Source: a virus (taxonomy: Duplodnaviria; Caudoviricetes). Taken from it: a DNA stretch of 64,000 nt. The notes beneath the pieces were generated by a model. The model had not been told where the DNA came from. It was given only the letters and a program-made list of their open reading frames with translations, and did no database searches. Shown one piece after another: positions 44,560 through 54,520 of this stretch. The position numbers and the translations under genes were made by a program. Position 1 is the first letter of the stretch. Each line of letters opens with the position of its first letter. The stretch lies in the IMG/VR virus record IMGVR_UViG_3300022602_000026; one strand, 5' to 3'.

Positions 44560-45248
44560 TACATGCTTTTGGTGATAGTTTTGTTGTTGGTGACCAAGAT
44601 GACTATATCGGAGATGCCAATACCAATCCCAACGATCCGCCCACACACGGCATGAACGAACACGAGCGTACTGAGTATCTCAAATACAATGTTAGTTTTG
44701 CAGCCTTGATTGCCAAACAATTAAACACTGGTTTAAAAAATTATGCCGTGCGCGGCACTGGCAATTATCCACAGTTAGATATGCTTTGGAACCAATTGGT
44801 CGATAAAAACATAACTGCCGACGATGTTGTATTATTTGGAGTCACTACCGGAATTAGAGACCGTGCTGGTTCGTTGGATTATAAAGATTTAAGCAAGTCA
44901 TTGAGTGTGTTGCATTTGGCAAATTGGGACGATATTGGTGATATACCAAAAGTAGATCAATTTTATGTACTAAGTACACTAACACAACTAAGTGTTGCGT
45001 TTGGTGTTAGAATCATAAAGTTTAATTTGTTTGATCAAGCTCTAGACTTTGAATTCAATGACTATTTACGTGGCACTTTAGTCGATATCTTAAACGACAC
45101 TTACGGACAAAATATTGCTCATCCCTATCACGATCAATTAAAAATACCTGCCGGATACGAAGCACTATATACTTATAAAAAACATCCCAGTGTACAGGGA
45201 CATCAAAAAATAGCCCGTTGGTTTTTAAAGAACACGTTCAATGAATAA
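44556..45248 (+). CDS. SGNH/GDSL-like protein
   Basis: AFGDSFV, RGTGN, KKHPSVQGH. Confidence 0.6.
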   Translation: MIHAFGDSFVVGDQDDYIGDANTNPNDPPTHGMNEHERTEYLKYNVSFAALIAKQLNTGLKNYAVRGTGNYPQLDMLWNQLVDKNITADDVVLFGVTTGIRDRAGSLDYKDLSKSLSVLHLANWDDIGDIPKVDQFYVLSTLTQLSVAFGVRIIKFNLFDQALDFEFNDYLRGTLVDILNDTYGQNIAHPYHDQLKIPAGYEALYTYKKHPSVQGHQKIARWFLKNTFNE

Positions 45249-46212
45249 ACTAGAATACGATATATCAGACACCGGGTTGGGCACCCTTATATGCTTGGTA
45301 TCTACCTTTTTGCACAGCAACCAACAGATTGTGTTGAACACCAATAAACCAACAAGTGCTTTGTTTGCATTCAAAAGTATTTTCAATATTCCCGATAGTC
45401 AACTGTTGGTGAACTTTGCGCCCACACTAAAAGACGATATCATTTTGTCTTCGAGTCACAAACTCATGGTATCGGACATTGTAAAAACTTTTGCTCCCTA
45501 TCTTGAATTGAGCAAGGTCAATGTACTGGGACAACAACGCTCGTTGCGCGGTGCCGGCAAGCCGTGTGTTGCACTTTTGTGCTACAACAACTATCAGTCG
45601 TTTTTGGATTTTGATCCAACCCGTAGCACCTATCCCGATAACAGATATCACAGCATTGACGAGTATGCCGATTTATTTCGATTGATAAAGAGTGCCGGAT
45701 ACGAAGTAATGACCTTGGACAGCATGGAAATCAATCTCGAGCAAAAAGTTTATATGTTAAACGAATTGTGCGATGCAGTTGTGTGTTACGAAGGCGGACT
45801 TGGTCACCTAGCGCATTTGCTAAAGATACCCACTGTGCTATTGCCGTACCGATATCAACCCGGAGCATTTCGCAGTAGATGGAATCCCTATCTCAATTTG
45901 TTGCACTTGGATAAACGAACTTACTTTGTTGAAAGCATGGACGAAGTCAAATCCTGGACCACAAATTCGTTTCGGGAATTGATATCTAGTTTGTACAACG
46001 AGTCGGGAAACAATTTATTTTTATCAAAAGATTTAGACATAGAATTTTCTGAAGATTTTAAAACTGTTTCCATTTACGATGCCGAATTGGATTTACGCGA
46101 AGTTTCCGAGATACCAATAACAGATTTTGAATACGACTTTTACAACAACTATATCAAAGAATTAAAAATGTTCAATGATATAACACCTAAATTTATTAAG
46201 AGAACAACATGA
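45241..46212 (+). CDS. GT-B glycosyltransferase, GT9/heptosyltransferase-like
   Basis: LEQKVYML..CDAVVCYEGGLGHLAHLLKIPTV, a variant of DSGxxHxAxA...P. Confidence 0.55.
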   Translation: MNKLEYDISDTGLGTLICLVSTFLHSNQQIVLNTNKPTSALFAFKSIFNIPDSQLLVNFAPTLKDDIILSSSHKLMVSDIVKTFAPYLELSKVNVLGQQRSLRGAGKPCVALLCYNNYQSFLDFDPTRSTYPDNRYHSIDEYADLFRLIKSAGYEVMTLDSMEINLEQKVYMLNELCDAVVCYEGGLGHLAHLLKIPTVLLPYRYQPGAFRSRWNPYLNLLHLDKRTYFVESMDEVKSWTTNSFRELISSLYNESGNNLFLSKDLDIEFSEDFKTVSIYDAELDLREVSEIPITDFEYDFYNNYIKELKMFNDITPKFIKRTT

Positions 46213-47108
46213 AACAATACTTAGATGCACTACGCCAAGTACTCGAGTCGGGTACAGAACATCAAGACCGAACCGGTACCGGAACTCGTAGCCTGTTTGG
46301 TTTACAACAACGATACGATTTGCGACAAGGCTTTCCGGCAGTTACTACCAAGAAGCTGGCTTGGCGAGCTGTTGTATCAGAATTGCTTTGGTTCATTGAA
46401 GGTTCGGGGGACGAACGACGCCTGCGTGAAATTTTGCATGGCGACCGGGACTCGGAAAAAGGCACCATCTGGACTGCCAATGCCGAAGCCGATTACTGGC
46501 GACCCCGGGCACAATTTGACGGCGACTTGGGTCGTGTATACGGAGTACAGTGGCGCCATTGGCAACAGACCGAGCGTGAATGGATACAAAAGAACGGTGC
46601 TAACTATATAAAAAATAAAGAAATTGATCAATTAGATCAATTGATAAGAAGTATTAAACAAGATCCTTATAGCCGTAGACATATATTGACTGCGTGGAAC
46701 GTTGCCGACTTGGGTAAGATGGCACTACCTCCTTGTCACGTCTTGGCTCAGTTTAGTGTCAGACATGTACCTGGCGGCAGAGATGAACTCAGTTGCCAGA
46801 TGTACCAACGGAGTTGTGATATGTTTTTAGGGGTTCCATTTAATGTGGCAAGCTATAGCTTGTTAACGCATATGATCGCTCAAGTGTGCGATCTTGCCGT
46901 AGGAGAGTTTGTTCACGTTCTCGGCGACGCTCACATCTACCTTAATCACATTGAGCAGGTAAATGAACAATTGAAACGTGAACCCTTACCTGCGCCACAA
47001 CTATGGCTTAACCCTGATATTAAAGATATAGATGGGTTCACTATGGACGATATTAAGTTATTAAACTATCAATCACTAGATGCTATTCGAGCAGAAATGG
47101 CAGTATGA
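46209..47108 (+). CDS. thyA: Thymidylate synthase
   Basis: DRTGTGT, ELLWFI, YGVQWR, MALPPCH, YQRSCDMFLGVPFN, HIYLNH. Confidence 0.97.
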   Translation: MKQYLDALRQVLESGTEHQDRTGTGTRSLFGLQQRYDLRQGFPAVTTKKLAWRAVVSELLWFIEGSGDERRLREILHGDRDSEKGTIWTANAEADYWRPRAQFDGDLGRVYGVQWRHWQQTEREWIQKNGANYIKNKEIDQLDQLIRSIKQDPYSRRHILTAWNVADLGKMALPPCHVLAQFSVRHVPGGRDELSCQMYQRSCDMFLGVPFNVASYSLLTHMIAQVCDLAVGEFVHVLGDAHIYLNHIEQVNEQLKREPLPAPQLWLNPDIKDIDGFTMDDIKLLNYQSLDAIRAEMAV

Positions 47109-47644
47109 TACTAATCATTGGACGTAGCGATTTATCTGCAGCACTAGCGGCTATACTAGATGATGTAGTCATAGTTGGTCGACCCGATTATGACTTTTCT
47201 TTAAAAAGCGACTGCGATCGTTTGGTAAATACCTATACTCCCAACGTGGTAATTAATACTGTTGGGGTTATCAATCAAGATCTCTGGACCACGCTAACCA
47301 CTAATTATGTAGGAGTTGCGTATTTGACTTTAGAATTTTTTAACAAACTCAACCAAGCACATATTATCAATATATCCAGCGCATCAAGTTTTTGGGTCAG
47401 CTATCCCGACATCGACGATTCAAGACTGTCCTATAACTTGAGCAAAGAAGCATTGTCAACATTTGGGCGACACATGAATAGAAAAATTGTTGACTCCAAT
47501 AAAAATATTGTAACCACAATTGAGCCGGGAAAATTTAACAGTAAGATGAATGGGTACACTGGTGGTATGCCCGTCGAACATGTAGCCAATTGGATCAAAC
47601 GAGTAATTAAAGATCCAGTTGCACAACTTTCAATAATAAAATAA
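47105..47644 (+). CDS. Short-chain dehydrogenase/reductase-like protein
   Basis: VINTVG, INISSAS, YNLSK (YxxxK), IEPG. Confidence 0.7.
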   Translation: MILIIGRSDLSAALAAILDDVVIVGRPDYDFSLKSDCDRLVNTYTPNVVINTVGVINQDLWTTLTTNYVGVAYLTLEFFNKLNQAHIINISSASSFWVSYPDIDDSRLSYNLSKEALSTFGRHMNRKIVDSNKNIVTTIEPGKFNSKMNGYTGGMPVEHVANWIKRVIKDPVAQLSIIK

Positions 47645-48723
47645 TGCTAAAACTTGCCGATGTAAAATCTGTACAATTAGAAATAAGCAGTTACTGTAAT
47701 GCTGCTTGTCCTCAGTGTCCGAGAAATTACTTTGGCGGAGATACTATACCCACATTGCCGTTGCGTAAATGGACCTTGGCCGAATTCAAAAATATATTCA
47801 CAGTTGAATTAATGAATCAACTTGAACAAGTTTATTTTTGTGGTACTTATGGCGATCCACTTACCAATTCACATATAGTGGATATGTGCAAATATCTAAG
47901 AGAACACAGCAAGATTAAAATTGGCATACACACAAATGGCGGTATTGGTAGCGAACATACCTACAAAGAACTAGCCAAGGTTGTAGACTTTATTGCTTTT
48001 GGTATTGATGGATTAGAAGACACAAATCATTTGTATCGTAGAAATGTCAAATGGAATAAAATTTTAAAAAATGCCAGTGCATTTATTGATGCCGGTGGAT
48101 ATGCAATTTGGGATTTTATTGTATTCCAACACAACGAACATCAAACCGAAGTTGCAAAGACTCTAAGCAAAGAACTAAAATTTGCCGAGTTCAATATCAA
48201 AAAGACCGGAAGATTTCTAAATCATGTGCACGAGTACATTGATTCCTTGCCGGTATACGATCGAAAGAAAAATTTAGAGTATACAATATCCATTCCCACT
48301 AAAAAAGAATTTGTTAATAAGAATTACAAAAAATTAGAACTTGTTAGACAACAGCATGGATCATTATCCTCGTATGCACAAACAACAAAAATAAATTGCA
48401 ATGCCCTTAGAATCAAAGAAATATATATTGGATCTGACGGATTTGTGTTTCCCTGCGGATGGTTGCACGATCGACTTTACGGACACAATGTAGAAGGGCA
48501 CAATGATCATTATCAAATAAAACACATGATGCACAGTGCCGGCGGGTGGGACCGGGCCAATATTTTTTATACACCATTGGCCGATATCGTTGATGGTAAA
48601 TGGTTTGAAGAAATTGATGCCAGCTGGCACAATGACAAAAGGCTTGATCGTTGTGGTATCATGTGTGGTAGTGTTGTTAACTTAATAGGTGCACAAAACG
48701 AAGATGTCAAATACAAACCCTGA
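47644..48723 (+). CDS. Radical SAM protein with C-terminal SPASM/twitch domain
   Basis: CNAACPQC, CGTYGDP, HTNG, FGIDG, VFPCGW, C..MC. Confidence 0.88.
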   Translation: MLKLADVKSVQLEISSYCNAACPQCPRNYFGGDTIPTLPLRKWTLAEFKNIFTVELMNQLEQVYFCGTYGDPLTNSHIVDMCKYLREHSKIKIGIHTNGGIGSEHTYKELAKVVDFIAFGIDGLEDTNHLYRRNVKWNKILKNASAFIDAGGYAIWDFIVFQHNEHQTEVAKTLSKELKFAEFNIKKTGRFLNHVHEYIDSLPVYDRKKNLEYTISIPTKKEFVNKNYKKLELVRQQHGSLSSYAQTTKINCNALRIKEIYIGSDGFVFPCGWLHDRLYGHNVEGHNDHYQIKHMMHSAGGWDRANIFYTPLADIVDGKWFEEIDASWHNDKRLDRCGIMCGSVVNLIGAQNEDVKYKP

Positions 48724-49816
48724 AGATTATTTTAAAACTCCCACAATACTCAATGATTTGGTATCATACGTAAATCTCAAAGAGTTATATGTTTGCCAAG
48801 CAGGACAATTCGAAACAAATCAGTATACTAGATTTAAATATTTAAAAAATAAAATAGTTGTTGCGTATTGGCCCGAATACAACGAACATGCATATCTTGA
48901 AGATGTACTAAAATTTAGTAAAGAATATTTTGATCGCACCGGAAAACTAAACAACTATTTTATTTTTTTATCAGTGCACGATTACGAACCCGAACTAAAA
49001 GAAAAATACAGTGACTTTTTTACTTTGATTGTAGATCCCTTGTTGTATGCGTACTTCACTGAAACCAAAGACATTCCCAATATTGCACTAGAGCCCAAGA
49101 TAGATAAAAAATTACATTTTCTAGCTCTAAATAGTCGTGCCAGTATTGCAAGACAATCGTTGTATTATTTCTTTAAAAAATATAACTTGCAAGAAAAGTC
49201 TTATTTTACCTATCACGGAAATTTAAAAAAGGGCGCTGCATTTAAATCCTATGATCAAATAGCCGATATATGCACCGATAATAATCCACCTTGGTATCTT
49301 GCCGATTTAGATTTATACGAACTCAATAAAAAAATTCCTGTCACTATAGCCGGTGACAATTTTGGCGGCAACGACTGGAGTCCGGGCACTGATTTTTATT
49401 ATCCAGATACTTTTTGTTCATTGGTATTTGAAGCCTACGACGATAACACTCAAGCACATCTCACAGAAAAATCATTTAAGGCTATTGCATTTTATCATCC
49501 GTTTATAATATATTCCAATCCCGGTACATTAAAAGTGTTACAAGACCTAGGTTTTAAAACTTTTGGTGATTTTTGGGACGAGAGTTACGATTCTTTAAGT
49601 GCACATCATCGATTGGAAGCTGTTTTTCGTTTGGTATTAGAAATATCTAATTGGTCGCAGGAAAAAATCAATCAAGTGTATAATAAGATGTTGCCGATAC
49701 TAGAACACAATCATAATCATTTTTTTCAATTATCAAATTTGTTCAACGCAACAAAACCCGAATTATACAGTAGAATTAAAACAATAGCAGAATCTAAAAA
49801 GGGCTTATTAGGATGA
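48704..49816 (+). CDS. Glycosyltransferase-like protein (GT10-like TEK motif), paralog 2
   Basis: LVFEA...LTEKSFKAI...PFII...L..LGFKTF...WDESYD. Confidence 0.5.
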   Translation: MSNTNPEDYFKTPTILNDLVSYVNLKELYVCQAGQFETNQYTRFKYLKNKIVVAYWPEYNEHAYLEDVLKFSKEYFDRTGKLNNYFIFLSVHDYEPELKEKYSDFFTLIVDPLLYAYFTETKDIPNIALEPKIDKKLHFLALNSRASIARQSLYYFFKKYNLQEKSYFTYHGNLKKGAAFKSYDQIADICTDNNPPWYLADLDLYELNKKIPVTIAGDNFGGNDWSPGTDFYYPDTFCSLVFEAYDDNTQAHLTEKSFKAIAFYHPFIIYSNPGTLKVLQDLGFKTFGDFWDESYDSLSAHHRLEAVFRLVLEISNWSQEKINQVYNKMLPILEHNHNHFFQLSNLFNATKPELYSRIKTIAESKKGLLG

Positions 49817-50781
49817 GATATCTTGTAACTGGCGGTGCTGGATTTATTGGACATAATGTAGTACGTTGTCTGGAGTCAATGGGACACGAATGCATTATAC
49901 TTGATAGTATCACCGATTATGGATTTGTAGATAAAAAAGAATTAGAGTATTTGAAACGAGAAAGATTACAACGCATACGGGCCAGTATACATCATATAGA
50001 TTTACGAGATCATGCGGCAGTAAAAGACATGATGGGCAGTTTTGCGTTTAATGGAGTTATACACCTGGCTAGTTTTCCTAGACAAAAGGTATTTGCTCGA
50101 AACCCCATATGGGGTGCAGATGTAATGGGCACTGGTTTGATCAATCTATTAGAATGGACTCGAGCATACCGGATACCTAAATTTGTTTATGTAAGTTCGA
50201 GTATGGTGTACGGAGACTTCCGGGACGGAGTTGTAGAAACTGCCGAATGCAATCCTGCAGGTCAGTACGGTATCATGAAATATATGGGAGAACGACTTGT
50301 TAAAGATTATGCTAGTCGTGGCGCTTTTGATTATAGCATTGTACGTCCCTCTGCTGTATATGGCGAATATGACGTGGAAGACCGAGTTGTGTCAAAGTTC
50401 ATGCTGGCAGCAATGCGTGACCAAACAATCACAGTGCGTGGGGCAAACGAGTCATTAGACTTTACTCACGTGGATGATGTAGCACAAGGTATAGCACTTG
50501 CAACAACCAAGCCAGAAGCCAACAGAAACATTTATAACATGACACGTTCGGCAGGCAAAAAGATTACATTACTGGATGCTGCTGCATTGTGTATCAAGAT
50601 AGCAGGTCATGGAAAAATTGACATACAAGATAAAGATCCCAATTTTCCTAGTAGAGGCCGATTAAACATTGATCGTGCTCGACAGGATCTTGGTTACGAT
50701 CCCAAGATAAATGTCAAAGAAGGATTCAAGCGTTATCATCAATGGTTTCGAGAGAGCGAATTTTGGCAACAAAAACTATAA
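49813..50781 (+). CDS. NAD-dependent NDP-sugar epimerase/dehydratase
   Basis: VTGGAGFIG, HLAS, SSSMVYG, YGIMK, DFTHVDD. Confidence 0.9.
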   Translation: MRYLVTGGAGFIGHNVVRCLESMGHECIILDSITDYGFVDKKELEYLKRERLQRIRASIHHIDLRDHAAVKDMMGSFAFNGVIHLASFPRQKVFARNPIWGADVMGTGLINLLEWTRAYRIPKFVYVSSSMVYGDFRDGVVETAECNPAGQYGIMKYMGERLVKDYASRGAFDYSIVRPSAVYGEYDVEDRVVSKFMLAAMRDQTITVRGANESLDFTHVDDVAQGIALATTKPEANRNIYNMTRSAGKKITLLDAAALCIKIAGHGKIDIQDKDPNFPSRGRLNIDRARQDLGYDPKINVKEGFKRYHQWFRESEFWQQKL

Positions 50782-50783
50782 AG

Positions 50784-51881
50784 ATGTACGGCGTTGATCG
50801 CCAATATCAAAATTTGAAACGAGAAGTCTTGGACATAACTGACCAAGTACTCAGTACCGGACAAGTTTTGGATGGAGATTATACTACACGATTTGAGTTG
50901 GCCATGGCACATCGCCTAGGCCGCGACTATGCCGTTGTTGTTAATAGTGCCACTACAGGCTTGCTTTTTGCACTAAATTCAATAGCTCCCAAGAAGAAAC
51001 AGGGTCTTTTGATACCTGCAGTTAGCTATATTGCTACCATGAACTCTGCAATACTGTCTAAGTATGCAGATATACACGTTTGTGATGTAGATGCCGGCGG
51101 ATTAATAGATTTAGGCCGGGCCAATCAAGCCATGGGCGCCGAGATCGAAACTGTCATGTATGCCAACTTGTTTGGCAATACTGTGGACTGGGACAGATTT
51201 CAAATAATGACTCAATTCTTTGGCAGTGATCGGGTCAGAGTTGTTGAAGATGCTGCACAGAGTTTTGGTGCCAGTTTCAATGGTGTACCGTCGGGCAAGA
51301 TGGGCGATGTCAGTGTACTGAGTTTTGACCCCACAAAGAACTTGAACAACTTTGGATCAGGCGGTATGATATTGACCGACGATGGCAACGTTAATGAATT
51401 TGTTAGAAACATACGCGACAATGGCAAGCATACTGGACATGAACTACCGGGCATTAATAGTAAAATGAGTGAAGTAGATTGTGCCATTATGATCATGAAA
51501 CTCAAACACTTTGATAAATGGCAAGCACGTCGTACTGAAATTGCCGATTACTACACACGAGAACTACAGGAATATGTGGAAGTTCCTGTTGCTACTCCAG
51601 GTGCAGTTCACGCTTGGAGCAAGTATGTGATCCGTGTGCCCAATAGAATAATGTTAAAGAAACATTTAGATTACAATGACATCGAATCAAAAATGACCTA
51701 TACTCGCACACTGTACGAGGAGTTTGTGGGCAGGAGTTATGCGCCAGTGTCGCTTGCAGAGCCCGGCGATTGGGAATGTCATAGATTTACTCGGGAATGT
51801 TTATCGTTGCCAATATATCCCGAGTTATACGATAGTGAAGTTGAACGAGTAGTTAAAACTATACGCGAGTATTTTCGTTAA
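50784..51881 (+). CDS. DegT/DnrJ/EryC1/StrS NDP-sugar aminotransferase
   Basis: NSATTGL, EDAAQSFG, SFDPTKNL...GSGG, NSKMSE, LSLPIYP. Confidence 0.92.
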   Translation: MYGVDRQYQNLKREVLDITDQVLSTGQVLDGDYTTRFELAMAHRLGRDYAVVVNSATTGLLFALNSIAPKKKQGLLIPAVSYIATMNSAILSKYADIHVCDVDAGGLIDLGRANQAMGAEIETVMYANLFGNTVDWDRFQIMTQFFGSDRVRVVEDAAQSFGASFNGVPSGKMGDVSVLSFDPTKNLNNFGSGGMILTDDGNVNEFVRNIRDNGKHTGHELPGINSKMSEVDCAIMIMKLKHFDKWQARRTEIADYYTRELQEYVEVPVATPGAVHAWSKYVIRVPNRIMLKKHLDYNDIESKMTYTRTLYEEFVGRSYAPVSLAEPGDWECHRFTRECLSLPIYPELYDSEVERVVKTIREYFR

Positions 51882-54520
51882 ATCCCATAACGAAGTTTAA
51901 CTGCTTCAAATCTTGTTCGTAACCAAGCCCACTCAAATGATAATTTGAGTTTCTCATAATCCCCACCCACTTCATCGTAATAAGCAACTGCATCACGAGC
52001 ACCTGCTAGACAGTAATCACTGTACTTTCCCTTGGCTTGTGTGCACCACACATCAAGTCTATGTGAGTTTTCTAGTGTAGGTGCCGTTGCATCAAAGTGT
52101 TTTAACTTTATTACTTCTCTAAATGCAGTACGCCATGTCATCCAAGGATCCTGATTAAAATGTGCCGTTCCTGACAATATCGGCACCGATTCGTGCGGTT
52201 GTGATAGCGTAAAGTCTATCCCAGGGTCGTTATTTTCCAGCACCAGCCGTTTGTTGTATGCTATTACGCCTTGGTGACCGTACTCTAAACCATTAACAGG
52301 ATTACGTGCATTAAAGATATAGTGCTTGGGTTCTTGCCAATAGTCTGGCATCCAATCTCGCCAGGGAAAATGAACGTCAACTTCTATTTTAGCAAATACT
52401 GCAAAGAACCAAGGTGTATTACTTGCCCTGGCAGCTGCTTGATAAGCGGCAGTTCTACCGTTGACTCCACGTATCCATTTTATTTCACTGCCGGTGCTAT
52501 TAGACACATAACATAGTGTATCGTACCACTTTTCCTCATCGGGTTCACCATTACTGATGTAGACAATATCTATGCCCTGGTGTGATTTATCATTGTAATA
52601 TTCGCTTACATAATAAGCCTTGTTTAAATAGGGATAGTCGTATATTTGTGTTCGTAAATGTTGTTTAATATCTCGGGGCACTATACAAGTTGCTCCAGAT
52701 CGAGTTGCTCGCACTACTGTGCGATCTTTTTCGCTCCACAAGCAATTGTTCAACAACAATTTTAAACCAGGTTGGTTAGTAAATGTCACATAAGGAGTTT
52801 TAAAATCATAGTTTTTAATTTCTGTGACTAAATCATCTCCTGTATAAACATGAACCGGCATTGGGTAACGTTCAACAAAACTATCTTCCACATAGTTGAT
52901 CACATTAAACCAGTCCAACAACTCAAGTTCAACCATTTGTTTTTTAAACGATTCAACATGTATATAAAATGTATCGCCTCTTTTTTCGGCCTCGCTTCTA
53001 AAACAATGTATCATTTCTCGTTGCCAAGGTTCAGGTTCCCAAGTGAAGTCAAAATAATTATACTTGCACAAACTGCTGATGATCCAAACGTATTCGGTTT
53101 CTGCGTTGTTGGCAATGCGTTTTAGTACATCTAAGTATTCGCCCACAAAACGTGTGCGTATTACCTCACCCACTTCTACTTTGAGATAGTTGTAATTATC
53201 ATTGCTTTCAGGATTACCATGATCCACATAGTAAATATCCGCAGTGGCTTCGGGCTTGTGCACCATTTGATTCCTTACAAAGTTTAGATTAGGAAACTGT
53301 TCTAGGCCGGTAGCCCATTTTGCGTGACGTTCAAATTCATACCGGTTGATTAAAAATGTATCACTCCACTTGTTGTGCTGGCTAGGGAATACATGAGTCA
53401 TGAACTGTTGCCAGTGCTCGGGATGCCAATTAAAATCAAAGTCTTCGTAATTGTAATCGCTACTGATAACCCAAAACTTTGTACCTTTAACACGATTTAC
53501 ACATCGTTGTATTGTTTCAAACAGACTGTTTGCATATCGTACTTTTGTAACTGTGTACTTGGCAGACAGTATATCAAATCTAACTGGGCTCTTCTCATTA
53601 CCGCGATCGATAAAAAATATTTCCAATGTTTTAGTTGCAATTGCATCATTGTGTACCAGTGGTATAGGTCCCGCAAACTTGTCAGTGACTGCACCAGGCA
53701 CACGATATATAACGCCGGCGCTTATACTGTACTCATCGGCAAAATGATGCACAAACGGGTCATCATTGGGATGTGGTATCCAACTATAGTCTATGCTTTC
53801 AGAATCTATATGTTCGGTTATTTCCCAATTGGTTCTATTTGCTAACAGTCGAGGCGTCATGTAGTCCACATACTTACGCTCGGTCGCTCCCGGTGTATGA
53901 TACTCTACTGTGGGCATAACTTCGGCAGGATACCATTGATTACCAAATACATATATGAATGGTGGATCTCCGGGATCGGGAACCCAACTGCGATCAAACT
54001 CACAGTCAATTAGTATACTCCAATTGTTGTGCGGAGTTAATCTAGCACAGGGATCACGCATATATTTTTCTTCTCGAGCATTGTCAACTGTGTATACCAC
54101 TGTGGGCATTATTTCACCAGGCCACCACTGATTACCAAACACATATTTGTATGTAGGGTCATGTGGATGTGGCCTCCAACTGTAATCAAATTCGCAGTCG
54201 GATAATACTTGGAAAAGTGTTTGATCGGGCAACGAGTTTACAACAGTGTTGTGGAAGTGCCATTCTCGATTTTGTACTGTGTGTCGATTTGCTAGATAAA
54301 CTCCACCAAATTGATGCCATTGGCTGGGCCATACATGTACATACTGTGACTGCCACGGTACCGGTACAAAATCAAAATCAATTTGACTATGATCGTAGTC
54401 GCTATAAATAAACCAGTAGTACCGAGTTTTTGACTGGCGTGCTGCGTCATCCAAGTCACGTGCTGGCTTTTCAAATGCAAACAAATTGGGCTTACGGCCC
54501 AAATAAAAAACATCAAACAT
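51878..54520 (-). CDS. 880-aa multi-module GT-A-like glycosyltransferase
   Basis: Four similar modules; C-terminal DIVYISNGEP...YGHQG...WRTAFRE; internal DxSWxPxPxDP repeats. Confidence 0.6.
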   Translation of the reverse strand: MFDVFYLGRKPNLFAFEKPARDLDDAARQSKTRYYWFIYSDYDHSQIDFDFVPVPWQSQYVHVWPSQWHQFGGVYLANRHTVQNREWHFHNTVVNSLPDQTLFQVLSDCEFDYSWRPHPHDPTYKYVFGNQWWPGEIMPTVVYTVDNAREEKYMRDPCARLTPHNNWSILIDCEFDRSWVPDPGDPPFIYVFGNQWYPAEVMPTVEYHTPGATERKYVDYMTPRLLANRTNWEITEHIDSESIDYSWIPHPNDDPFVHHFADEYSISAGVIYRVPGAVTDKFAGPIPLVHNDAIATKTLEIFFIDRGNEKSPVRFDILSAKYTVTKVRYANSLFETIQRCVNRVKGTKFWVISSDYNYEDFDFNWHPEHWQQFMTHVFPSQHNKWSDTFLINRYEFERHAKWATGLEQFPNLNFVRNQMVHKPEATADIYYVDHGNPESNDNYNYLKVEVGEVIRTRFVGEYLDVLKRIANNAETEYVWIISSLCKYNYFDFTWEPEPWQREMIHCFRSEAEKRGDTFYIHVESFKKQMVELELLDWFNVINYVEDSFVERYPMPVHVYTGDDLVTEIKNYDFKTPYVTFTNQPGLKLLLNNCLWSEKDRTVVRATRSGATCIVPRDIKQHLRTQIYDYPYLNKAYYVSEYYNDKSHQGIDIVYISNGEPDEEKWYDTLCYVSNSTGSEIKWIRGVNGRTAAYQAAARASNTPWFFAVFAKIEVDVHFPWRDWMPDYWQEPKHYIFNARNPVNGLEYGHQGVIAYNKRLVLENNDPGIDFTLSQPHESVPILSGTAHFNQDPWMTWRTAFREVIKLKHFDATAPTLENSHRLDVWCTQAKGKYSDYCLAGARDAVAYYDEVGGDYEKLKLSFEWAWLRTRFEAVKLRYGI
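53901..54200 (-). repeat. Tandem ~36-aa coding repeat DCEFDxSWxPxPxDP...YVFGNQWxPxExMPTVxY (2 copies; a third, degenerate copy near 53750-53810)
   Basis: Visible in the translation and in the DNA (actgtgggcat...attaccaaa.acata). Confidence 0.8.

Noticed and set aside
7009-47108. Introns or inteins in polB, rnh or thyA, which are common in T4-like phages
   Set aside because: All three ORFs are continuous, of normal length, with motifs in the expected order and no intein splice motifs.
53750-54200. Template/variable repeat pair of a diversity-generating retroelement
   Set aside because: The repeats are in-frame and tandem, the differences are not adenine-specific, and no reverse transcriptase is present in the window.
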